This document shows positions 9,849 through 17,766 of a stretch of 32,000 nt of DNA, piece after piece (position 1 is the first letter of the stretch; each line of letters opens with the position of its first letter). The notes under the pieces are model-generated. The model was given only the letters and a program-made list of their open reading frames with translations, was not told the origin of the DNA and did not search any database. The DNA comes from Candidatus Jordarchaeales archaeon. GTDB taxonomy: Archaea; Asgardarchaeota; Jordiarchaeia; Jordiarchaeales; Freyrarchaeaceae. The position numbers were made by a program, and so were the translations under genes. The stretch lies in assembly GCA_038889235.1 (NCBI GenBank), contig JAWAHN010000003.1:413703-445702 (forward strand), read 5' to 3'.

Positions 9849-11249
9849 TTGAGCAGGGGTTATGGTAAGGTTGACGAGGAAGTGCTTAGCAGGCTGGTCG
9901 ATGCTTTAGGCGAAAGGAACGTTAAAACAGACGTTGTCGAAAGGTACGCTTACTCAACTGATGCGTCACTTTTCAGCTCGCTTCCAGACGTTGTGGTGAC
10001 GCCGGAGAGCTGCAGCCAAGTTGTGGAAGTAGTAAAGATAGCCTCGGAAAAACGTATCCCGGTGACGCCTAGAGGCGGCGGGACAGGGCTGTGTGGTGGA
10101 GCGGTCCCCGTTTACGGTGGGATAGTCGTCGACATGAGCAAGATGAACAGGATACTGGAGGTGGACCTTGAAAACTTCTGTGTCGTCACCGAAGCCGGGG
10201 TTACCCCTGAAAATCTCAATAAGGAGCTTGCGAAACATGGCTTCTTCTTCCCTCCTTCTCCTGGAAGCAAGAGGATGTGCACAATAGGAGGCATGATCGC
10301 AACCAACGCTGGCGGAATGCACGCGGTGAAATACGGTGTCACAAGGAACTTCGTACTCGGACTAAAGCTGGTTATCCCTCCAGGAGAAGTCTTAAACTTA
10401 GGCGGCAAGGTTCTCAAGAGGTGTCTGGGCTATGATCTGATTCAGCTTGTCGTCGGCTCTGAGGGGACCCTTGGCATAATCACCGAGGCGACGCTCAGGA
10501 TACTGCCGTTGCCCGAGGAGTCAGCGGTCGTTGTCGCCTTCTTCGACGACATTTCTACCGCAGCTAAAGTGGTTAATGCCGTGCTCAGGAGGGTTGTACC
10601 CTCGGCGATAGAAATCCTGGATAGTAGATCGATAGAGGCTGTGAACCGCTATATGCCGTCACTCAACTTGCCACAGGCGGGGGCAGCCCTGTACTTCGAG
10701 GTTGAAGGAAGCAGGCCGGAGGTTGAAAGGCAGGTGCAAGTGATAGTGGAGGCGTGTAAGGCGCATGGTGGGAGAATTGAGTGGACCACCGATCCGAAGG
10801 AGAAGGAAAAGCTCTTGGCTGGAAGGGAAGTTGTCGGAGGAGCAATAATGAACGTAGATCAGAGGAGGGTGAGGGTTTACGAAGCCGAAGACGTCTGCGT
10901 CCCCATAGCTCAGCTCCCCCGCTTCGTTGAGGAGGCACACCGCATCTCGGAAAAGTACGGGGTTCCCGTCTGCATATATGGACACGCTGGGGATGGCAAC
11001 TGTCACTCCGGCATAATGATAGACCCAACTAACAGGGAGGAGTGGGTGAAGATGCGGGCGATGGCGAAGGAGATTTACGAACTAGCTGTGAGGCTTGGTG
11101 GGAACATAAGTGGGGAGCACGGAATAGGGCTGCTGAGGGCAGGGTACATGGAGAGCATAAATGAGAGAGCACTGCAGTTGATGAGAAAAGTGAAAGAGGC
11201 GTTTGACCCCCAGGGAATTCTCAACCCGGGGAAGATGGGGCTCGACTGA
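9849..11249 (+). CDS. FAD-linked oxidase, GlcD / D-lactate dehydrogenase family
   Basis: PRGGGTGLCGGA FAD-binding motif, TIGGMIATNAGG, GHAGDGNCH, GEHGIG, DPQGILNPGK. RBS GAGGTG at 9836-9841 suggests co-transcription with carB. Confidence 0.88.
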   Translation: MSRGYGKVDEEVLSRLVDALGERNVKTDVVERYAYSTDASLFSSLPDVVVTPESCSQVVEVVKIASEKRIPVTPRGGGTGLCGGAVPVYGGIVVDMSKMNRILEVDLENFCVVTEAGVTPENLNKELAKHGFFFPPSPGSKRMCTIGGMIATNAGGMHAVKYGVTRNFVLGLKLVIPPGEVLNLGGKVLKRCLGYDLIQLVVGSEGTLGIITEATLRILPLPEESAVVVAFFDDISTAAKVVNAVLRRVVPSAIEILDSRSIEAVNRYMPSLNLPQAGAALYFEVEGSRPEVERQVQVIVEACKAHGGRIEWTTDPKEKEKLLAGREVVGGAIMNVDQRRVRVYEAEDVCVPIAQLPRFVEEAHRISEKYGVPVCIYGHAGDGNCHSGIMIDPTNREEWVKMRAMAKEIYELAVRLGGNISGEHGIGLLRAGYMESINERALQLMRKVKEAFDPQGILNPGKMGLD

Positions 11250-11355
11250 TTCTAAAAACGAGTTGAGTGAACTGACCCTCCATAAGAGGACTGTAGGTCG
11301 TGATGGTGAAATCCTTTTAAGAAGGATGTGTGAAGAGAAGAGGGGGTGTGATTTC

Positions 11356-12249
11356 TTGAGCGGTGAACGAGTCGAGGGGGAAGCTAAGCTGTTAACGGGT
11401 GAGGAGTTAAAGAGGGAGGTCAGAGCTCTCAGGAGGGCGAGCGTCTGGTTTGCTGTCAGACACAACCTTTTCCTGCTGGCGCCTGCAGTACTAACCTTCA
11501 TCACCGTAGCACTCCTGATATTCGCTTCACTTAAGGCGGTTCAATGGATGCTGGACTCGTTCTACATAGGCAACCCCAGTCTCTGGTGGCTTCTCGGAGC
11601 CCCAACGCTGACTTTGACGGGCTTAAGCGTACCATTGACCCCGGCGTCACTTGCTCTAGCCCTCGCAGCGATACCAGTGATACACGTAGTAGCCAAGTTC
11701 GTGTACTTCCTCTACCTGCTCGTCTTCGCCAAAATCCTTGTCAAGCCGATACCCGAAGGCTACTACCCCTACACGCCTGCAAATCCCATCGTGAGGCAGT
11801 TCTTACTGAACGCCACGATAACTGGAACATTCCTGAGCTTCTTCGGTGAAGGACCATGGGCCCGAGCCGAGCTTAGCAGGTTAATGTACAAGGCTTTGGG
11901 GGCGAAGCTTGGGAAGGGAGTGTTCCCCGCGACTATATTGGACCCGTGGATGGTTGAAGTGGGAGATGGAACCATTATGGGGGCCTACAGCTGTATAGCG
12001 GGACACGCGATAGAAGGGGACAAGATAATGTTCGCCCGCGCTAAGGTGGGGAAAAACTGCGTGCTTGGCTTCCGCTCCCTCGTGTGGCCTGGAGCTGAGC
12101 TCGGCGACAACGTAATCATAGGGACTTACTCCATGGTTCCGAAGGGGGCTAAGCTTCCAAGCAACACCGTGTGGGTTGGAATACCGGTGAAGCTTGTCAA
12201 GAAAATAGGGGGAAGCGAGACACGCGAGGGTGATGCCGCCGGGAGCTGA
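11356..12249 (+). CDS. Membrane-anchored left-handed beta-helix (hexapeptide repeat) acyltransferase-like protein
   Basis: N-terminal transmembrane segments followed by hexapeptide repeats (VEVGDG, VGKNCVLG, LGDNVIIG) and a terminal WVGIPVK. Start placed at TTG 11356 after a GGGGGTG RBS and a CTTTTAAG TATA-like box near 11314. Confidence 0.7.
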   Translation: MSGERVEGEAKLLTGEELKREVRALRRASVWFAVRHNLFLLAPAVLTFITVALLIFASLKAVQWMLDSFYIGNPSLWWLLGAPTLTLTGLSVPLTPASLALALAAIPVIHVVAKFVYFLYLLVFAKILVKPIPEGYYPYTPANPIVRQFLLNATITGTFLSFFGEGPWARAELSRLMYKALGAKLGKGVFPATILDPWMVEVGDGTIMGAYSCIAGHAIEGDKIMFARAKVGKNCVLGFRSLVWPGAELGDNVIIGTYSMVPKGAKLPSNTVWVGIPVKLVKKIGGSETREGDAAGS

Positions 12250-12255
12250 AGGGTG

Positions 12256-12290
12256 CCCCTTTCCCAGGGGTTCCTCTTTTTTCTGTTTTT
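12256..12290 (+). terminator. Hairpin plus oligo-T tract after the acyltransferase gene
   Basis: CCCCT-ttccc-AGGGG followed by TTTTTT and TTTTT runs. Confidence 0.4.
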
Positions 12291-12425
12291 AAGGCCTCCG
12301 GCTTCCCAGCTCACTTTTGCAGGTCCCTTTTTCTAGGGGGAAAACCTTTATTTGAAAATGTTTTCATGTGAATTTTCTGGTCAAGCGTTAATCACACTGA
12401 AAGACTCTGATTGTGGTGTCTCCCA

Positions 12426-13106
12426 TTGAGTGATGCTGTCACCCTTATTGCGCGTGCCGTTGGAGGAGTTGAAGCCCGCCTCATAATACTTAGAGAGCTT
12501 TTAAGTGGGCCGAAGACCGGGGTGGAGTTGAGGTATGCCCTCGCCAGGAGACTGGGTGTCCCCCCTAGGGCGATCTCGGATGCGAAGATATACTTCAACC
12601 TTCAGGCCTTAGAGAACAGCGGAATCATAGTACGCTATAGGGATTGGAAGAACAAGTACGCTGAAATAAACCCGAAAATGCTTCAAGCCGTGAGGAAGTA
12701 TTTGAACATCACTGCTCCTGTTATGTGCCTCGCAGCCCTAGACTCTGAGCCCCTCCTTACAAAAGAGATAGGGTGGCGTTTAAGGGAGCAAGAAGGAATA
12801 TCGCCTAGCAGGTACATTTTCATAGCGGAGGACAAAATGAGGGGGAAAATCGGGGGGTTGACGGGGGAAGCGGAAGTGCTGTGGGTTGACGACGAGACGC
12901 TCCACGACTACGAGAGGGTTTACGAAATCGCCGAGGAAGCCCTCAAGAAAGCTATCTCTAAATATGAACCCATAATCGATGTGACGGACGGGACGAGGGT
13001 GACGGTCGCAGCCTTCCAGCAGCTCGCGTGGGAGTATGGGCTCCGCGTCTTCTACCTCAAGGGGAAGCCTTACGAGAAGAGAAGGGTGGTCTGGATTAGG
13101 GGCTAG
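12426..13106 (+). CDS. Winged-HTH (ArsR/PadR-like) regulator with a C-terminal CARF-like domain
   Basis: N-terminal RLIILRELLSGPKTGVEL...IYFNLQALENSGII wHTH. C-terminal Rossmann-like domain with IIDVTDGTRVTVAAF...LAWEYGLRVFYL, resembling the CARF D-x-T-x-G-x-K/R motif. Start placed at TTG 12426 (GGTG RBS). The stop overlaps the comB stop (CTAG, 13103-13106). Confidence 0.65.
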   Translation: MSDAVTLIARAVGGVEARLIILRELLSGPKTGVELRYALARRLGVPPRAISDAKIYFNLQALENSGIIVRYRDWKNKYAEINPKMLQAVRKYLNITAPVMCLAALDSEPLLTKEIGWRLREQEGISPSRYIFIAEDKMRGKIGGLTGEAEVLWVDDETLHDYERVYEIAEEALKKAISKYEPIIDVTDGTRVTVAAFQQLAWEYGLRVFYLKGKPYEKRRVVWIRG

Positions 13107-13786
13107 TACTCGACGAACATGCCGCCTTTAATCACAGGCACCACGCTGCTCGCGTTTAGCTGGGAGCAGTACTCGACATCCCTCCAGAGTCCTATGGAGG
13201 CGAGTTCTTTGGCGCTCGGCGAGTTCAAGACGCACTCTTTGTAGTCCGGTGGCTCCCTTCCTTCGACAAAGCACTTTATAACGCACGCCGTCACATAGTC
13301 CTCCGGGCTAAACTCCCCTCTCCTCCCGACGTGGACCACAGTGAGCTTCCTCCCAGTCTTAGTAGCCTCACTTCCAGCTGCTTCAGCCACAGCAGAAGCG
13401 TTCCTCAGGCAGCCTGCAAATACGGCTGGAGCCCCCATCGCCTGGCAGACCGCTTGCGTGAAGTTAGTGGTGGTCAAGACTACTATCTTTCCCTCAACGA
13501 CGTCACGGGTAAACTCCAATGGGGAGTTGCCGAAATCGAAGCCGGGGATCTTCAGCCCTCGCCTCTCGCCCGCCAGCAGGACGCCAACCCCTCGAGTCCT
13601 CAAAAGCTCCCTCGCCTTTCCTACAGCTTCTTCAATAGTGAGCGCTGGGACGACGCCCACGCCTCCATTTTCTAGTATTGTTGTAACTGTGGTACTGGCT
13701 CTCAGCGTGTCCACTACAACCAATATGTGCCCCTTCAATGCGGCTCTTAGAGCGCCTTCGGCGCCGAATGCCAACCTAACTATCAT
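13103..13786 (-). CDS. comB: 2-phosphosulfolactate phosphatase
   Basis: VVDTLRASTT, LAGERRG, FDFGNSP, LTTTNFT, GCLRNASAVA, EDYVTA. ATGA overlap with comA. Confidence 0.92.
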   Translation of the reverse strand: MIVRLAFGAEGALRAALKGHILVVVDTLRASTTVTTILENGGVGVVPALTIEEAVGKARELLRTRGVGVLLAGERRGLKIPGFDFGNSPLEFTRDVVEGKIVVLTTTNFTQAVCQAMGAPAVFAGCLRNASAVAEAAGSEATKTGRKLTVVHVGRRGEFSPEDYVTACVIKCFVEGREPPDYKECVLNSPSAKELASIGLWRDVEYCSQLNASSVVPVIKGGMFVEY

Positions 13787-14580
13787 TTCAACCCCTTTAA
13801 GAGGAGGTCTGGCATCGTATCCCCTCTGAGCCCGAGACGCAACGTTTCGAGCGACACCACGTCCTCCGGGTGAATGTTACCAAGGTTAACGTCTGGACCA
13901 AACCTCTTAATCAGCCACACTTGTTGAGACCTTAGTGGAGCCTCCCATATGATCTTCTCGTGTGGAACGGCTTGCACGATTGACTCGACAAAGTCCTTCT
14001 TCACGTCCCCCTTCGCGTCATAGGGCCCTATTCCGATGCCGCTCTCCCTTGCTTCGACAACAACGTAGTCAGCCCCGGCTTCGAGTTCACGCTTCATCAG
14101 CTCAACTCTTTCCGTGAGGGGGATGGATGCGTCCTCCTCTGGCTTCTTCTTTCCAACCTCGGTGATCACAGGGTTAAAGCCAAACCTTTTAGCCAGCCTT
14201 AGCAGTCCAAGCTTTTCTTCAACATTCATTCTAACAATTCCGTTCGAGATTTCAAGCGAGGAAAAACCTAACTCGCGCAGGAAAGAAAGAAACTCCTCAA
14301 CCTTATCTCTGGCGTAGGCAGCCTCCACGCTCGATCCGCCTGGGAGCGCCATCACCCCAAACTCCTCACAAAGCTTAATCTTCTCCTTCACAACATTCAG
14401 GGGCATGATGAGCCAAGTGCACCAGCCAAACTTCCAAAGGTCAACGTACTCGCCCGCAGCCTCCAAAACACTACGCATTTCCGACACACCAATACCACGG
14501 TCGATTACCAAAGTTAAACCGCGCGACCTAGGTTTTGAGCACCGCTTCACGAGGGAGAGCTCAAACAACTGGGGACACAT
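13783..14580 (-). CDS. comA: Phosphosulfolactate synthase
   Basis: KPRSRGLTLVIDRG, VDLWKFGWCT, LEISNG, EVGKK, VVVEARESG, IIWEAP, VNLGNI, LETLRLGLRGDT. RBS GGTGGT. Confidence 0.95.
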   Translation of the reverse strand: MCPQLFELSLVKRCSKPRSRGLTLVIDRGIGVSEMRSVLEAAGEYVDLWKFGWCTWLIMPLNVVKEKIKLCEEFGVMALPGGSSVEAAYARDKVEEFLSFLRELGFSSLEISNGIVRMNVEEKLGLLRLAKRFGFNPVITEVGKKKPEEDASIPLTERVELMKRELEAGADYVVVEARESGIGIGPYDAKGDVKKDFVESIVQAVPHEKIIWEAPLRSQQVWLIKRFGPDVNLGNIHPEDVVSLETLRLGLRGDTMPDLLLKGLK

Positions 14581-14644
14581 AGCACCACCCGACCCATACT
14601 ACCAAAAAAATCGCCATTAAAATCTAGCGCGAAAGAAGGAAGGG

Positions 14645-14728
14645 AAAGGGCATCCCCCTGCTAGGGGGCGGTCCCCACCCCCGCTGGACCTTTCAGGGGA
14701 TGAGTCATCCCCAGCCCGGGAACCCTTT
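14645..14728 (-). promoter_or_regulatory. SECIS element (eukaryote-type core) in the 3' UTR of vhuU
   Basis: Minus strand: GCTGGGG-ATGA-CTCATCCCCTG-AAA-GGTCCAGC-GGGGGTGGG-GA-CCGCC-CCCTAGC. AUGA at 14705-14708, AAA at 14691-14693 (11 nt after the core), GA at 14672-14673, 9-bp upper helix, and lower helices GCTGGGG/CCCTAGC, TCCC/GGGA and AAAGGG/CCCTTT. Confidence 0.75.
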
Positions 14729-14876
14729 AAGACTCGCTCAGCTCAATAGTCTTCTCAGCGATTTTCTCGCCCTTGTGGTTGACGACAACCAGGTGGGCGG
14801 CACAACCAAGTCAGCAGTCGTAAGCCCGCATGATAACCTCAATCAAGTTTAAGAGTTTAGGATCCAACTCCACCAT
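14727..14876 (-). CDS. vhuU: [NiFeSe]-hydrogenase small selenopeptide subunit VhuU (49 aa, Sec at codon 22)
   Basis: Manual translation MVELDPKLLNLIEVIMRAYDC-U(TGA 14811-14813)-LGCAAHLVVVNHKGEKIAEKTIELSES*. This matches the hydrogenase L2 motif (RAYDPxxxCxxH). GGAGGT RBS at 14886-14891. The upstream large subunit lacks this motif. Confidence 0.92.
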
Positions 14877-14895
14877 AAGGTTCAAACCTCCCTAA

Positions 14896-16218
14896 CTACT
14901 TAAACCAAGGCTCCGGGAACTTAAGCTTCTCGTGAATTCTTTCCTCCAGAACCTGCTTAGCTGCGACCAACATCGACTTTTCAACCGCGGCGATGTTGTT
15001 GTTAGTCGCCACGATAAGGTTCGCCTTCCTTATTACACCTTCATCGTCAGTCCAATAGTTGTATATCAATGTTCCACGTGGCGCCTCGACGATAGCTACA
15101 CCGTTACCCTCCCTTGGACGCACGTCGGCACGCTTAACATCGGAGCTAACTATCTCAGGGTCTTCTAGGAGCTTCCTGGCTTTCTCTATGGCTTCCATTA
15201 GCTCGACTATCCTAGCCCAGTTGTAAGCCAGCGTTGCGTGGCATGGCCTCCCAACAGCGTCCCTGAACTCCTTAAGCAGCTCCTGAGCTCTGGGAGTCTC
15301 CATCTTGTCAGCTACGTTGAGCCTAGCTAGTGGGCCGGCTCGCCATATACCTTCGGGGTACCCTGCAGGCTTGAAGAATATGTGTGTCGCGTAGGAGTGA
15401 GGAGCAACGTGCTCGCCAACATACTGCAAGTAGTCTTTCTTCGGGAAGTCTGCCACAATCTTACCTTCAGGGTCCATAACCCTGACGGTTGCTTTCCTGT
15501 CGTAAATTGTGTGAACACCGTTAACATTCAGCCCAACATAGTAGGTTGGAACTACGCCAAGCTTCGTGATCACGTCCAAGTAGCCTTCAACAACTTTCCT
15601 CGCAACTTCAATAGTGAAGTCCATAAGTCCCTCTGCTTCGTCGATGAGCTTTAGCAGCCTGTCCCGCTCCTCCTCAGTAAGCCTTTTCGCTTGACCGCCC
15701 GGAACACCAGTCACCGGGTGAACTGAGCGGCCTCCGATGGTCTTAACAATCTCTTGGCCAATCCTCATCAGAGCGATGGCTTTCTTGACAGCGTCGGGCA
15801 TATGCTTGAAAACACCTACAAGGTTTCTAATCGACGGGTCGGCGAACGGTCCAGCGAGGAAGTCCGGGGCGGCTAGAGCGTAGAAGTGTAGAGCGTGACT
15901 TGAAATCTGCTTACCTTGCATCATCAGGTCTCTAAGCTTCACGGCAGCGCTGGGCGGTTCAACATCCCATGCTGCTTCAACAGCCTCAACCGAGCAGACG
16001 TGGTGGGGCACGGGGCATATGCCGCAGATACGTGGCGTCAGTATTGGTGCTTCTTCAGCAAGCCTGCCCTCAAGGAACTTTTCGAACATACGTGTCAGCG
16101 TAACACAGAACTTAAGGTCCTTTACTCCGCCTTTCTCGTCCAGCTCGATTACCACATTCGCGTGTCCTTCAAGCCTTGTCGCAGGCTCGATAACAACAGT
16201 CTTTTCCTTCTTGCTCAT
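14896..16218 (-). CDS. mvhA: F420-non-reducing (group 3c) hydrogenase large subunit, split type lacking the C-terminal L2 motif (VhuA/MvhA)
   Basis: EPATRLEGH, L1 motif PRICGICPVPHH, GPLARLN, VEAPRGTL, ATNNN. The protein ends at ...FPEPWFK without DPCxxC. Confidence 0.93.
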   Translation of the reverse strand: MSKKEKTVVIEPATRLEGHANVVIELDEKGGVKDLKFCVTLTRMFEKFLEGRLAEEAPILTPRICGICPVPHHVCSVEAVEAAWDVEPPSAAVKLRDLMMQGKQISSHALHFYALAAPDFLAGPFADPSIRNLVGVFKHMPDAVKKAIALMRIGQEIVKTIGGRSVHPVTGVPGGQAKRLTEEERDRLLKLIDEAEGLMDFTIEVARKVVEGYLDVITKLGVVPTYYVGLNVNGVHTIYDRKATVRVMDPEGKIVADFPKKDYLQYVGEHVAPHSYATHIFFKPAGYPEGIWRAGPLARLNVADKMETPRAQELLKEFRDAVGRPCHATLAYNWARIVELMEAIEKARKLLEDPEIVSSDVKRADVRPREGNGVAIVEAPRGTLIYNYWTDDEGVIRKANLIVATNNNIAAVEKSMLVAAKQVLEERIHEKLKFPEPWFK

Positions 16219-16232
16219 CTACCAACACCCAC

Positions 16233-17144
16233 CTACTTCTTTTTAGACACGGCTTTCGGTATTATCGAGGACGGTAAGGTAAACTTTGAGAACGTACCCA
16301 CAACGTCTTTGACTGATTGAACAAGCTCCTCTGGGCTAACCGACTCGTAGTCCACTATGCTCGCTAAGGCGCTGAGCATCTTTGCTCCCTGGTCTAAAAC
16401 GTTTGGTCCGGGGCCCATGCAGCCTCTGCACGGCACCCCCGCCCTCGTGCAAACGGCTCCACACCCCTCCCTGGTCGCTGGCCCCATGCATATGTAGCCC
16501 TGCTCTAAGAGGCATTTTTCGGGGTCAGGTATGCCTTCAAACGCCCTCTTAACCTTCTTTATGGTTATGACTTCCGATTTGACGCGTGGGCATTCGTCAC
16601 AAAGCGTCCTTTCCTTGAGCTTTGGCATTTCTCCTCTTAGTAAGCTGGTGACCACTTCAGCTATCAGGGGCGGCTCGGGCGGGCATCCCGGAAGGAAGAG
16701 GTCGTATTTAACGTACTCGCGGTTTGGCTTAACGTACTCGAGCATCTTGGGGACATGCATGTCCGGGATTTTCTTGTCGACAACGCTTTCGGCTTCCATG
16801 AACTTCCGCTTTAAGCCTTCATCTATCTGGTAGAGGTTTAGCAGCGCTGGGCTTCCGCCGTAAGTCGAACAGGTGCCGTATGATACGAGCAGCTTGCACT
16901 TCTGCCTTGCAAGTTTCAACAAGTATAAGTCTTCTTCCGTCCTACAGAAGCCCTCGGTGAACCCTACGTCGACCGAGCCGTCGGGGAGCTTTTCAACGTC
17001 ATGCAACTTGTAGTCTACTACGGTGTGCCAGTATACTATTTCAAGTTGAGGTAGGACGTCGGCGAGGGTTTCATGTAAGTCTACGAGACTCTGGTGGCAC
17101 CCCCAACAAGAGGCGAGTTGTACAAACATAACCTTTACAGGCAT
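16233..17144 (-). CDS. mvhG: F420-non-reducing hydrogenase small (Fe-S) subunit
   Basis: LASCWGCH, TEGFCR, GTCSTYGG, PGCPP, LCDECPR, CLLEQGYICMGPATREGCGAVC...PCRGCMGP. Confidence 0.93.
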   Translation of the reverse strand: MPVKVMFVQLASCWGCHQSLVDLHETLADVLPQLEIVYWHTVVDYKLHDVEKLPDGSVDVGFTEGFCRTEEDLYLLKLARQKCKLLVSYGTCSTYGGSPALLNLYQIDEGLKRKFMEAESVVDKKIPDMHVPKMLEYVKPNREYVKYDLFLPGCPPEPPLIAEVVTSLLRGEMPKLKERTLCDECPRVKSEVITIKKVKRAFEGIPDPEKCLLEQGYICMGPATREGCGAVCTRAGVPCRGCMGPGPNVLDQGAKMLSALASIVDYESVSPEELVQSVKDVVGTFSKFTLPSSIIPKAVSKKK

Positions 17145-17155
17145 ACGTCGCCCTC

Positions 17156-17575
17156 CTACTTAGCTTTTCGGAGCGGGCTTGGTCCGAGCTCCTTTAAAAT
17201 GTTAACGAACTCCTCAACGGTTTTCACAAGCTCTGCGCCCTCACTAGCTGAAATCCACCTTAACATAAGTCTTTCCGGCTCAATCCCTAACTGTTTAAGC
17301 ATCTCCCTTAGCAACGCTATTCTACGCTCAGCCCTGTAATTTCCTTTCACGTAGTGGCAGTCTCCGGGGTGGCAGCCCGCAACTAGGACGCCGTCAGCAC
17401 CCAGCTCGAAAGCCTTGAGCACGAATTGAGGGTCAACCCTACCGCTGCAGAGCACTCTAATAATTCTCACGTTTGGGGGGTACTGCATTCTACTAGTCCC
17501 AGCCATGTCGGCGCCAGCGTACGAGCACCAATTGCAAAATATGCCTAGTATTTTGGGTTCAAAGTCGTCTGACAA
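17156..17575 (-). CDS. mvhD: Hydrogenase/Hdr [2Fe-2S] delta subunit
   Basis: [40 protein letters not shown]. All Cys codons, no in-frame TGA. Confidence 0.96.
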   Translation of the reverse strand: MSDDFEPKILGIFCNWCSYAGADMAGTSRMQYPPNVRIIRVLCSGRVDPQFVLKAFELGADGVLVAGCHPGDCHYVKGNYRAERRIALLREMLKQLGIEPERLMLRWISASEGAELVKTVEEFVNILKELGPSPLRKAK

Positions 17576-17766
17576 TTTTTCATCTCCCTACTTTTTCGAG
17601 GGCGCTGAACTAAAATTTCGTATTCACGAAGAGCCTTTTAATATTTTAAGCTTTTGGGAGAATTCAACTTCCAGTTTTTACTCAAAGAGCTCAGGCTGGA
17701 AACAAAAAGATATTTATTTTTGACGATATGTTTGATTGGCTGATATAGCTTCGGGAAGGGGTTTCC
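17576..17766. promoter_or_regulatory. Divergent promoter region between mvhD and hdrA
   Basis: AT-rich intergenic region with TATA-like CTTTTAATATTTTAAG near 17635-17650 and AAAAGATATTTATTTT near 17704-17720. Confidence 0.5.

Noticed and set aside
12256-12340. Two CCCT...AGGG inverted repeats upstream of the HTH-CARF gene as operator sites
   Set aside because: The spacers differ (5 vs 6 nt), and the first is better explained as a terminator hairpin with a T-tract.
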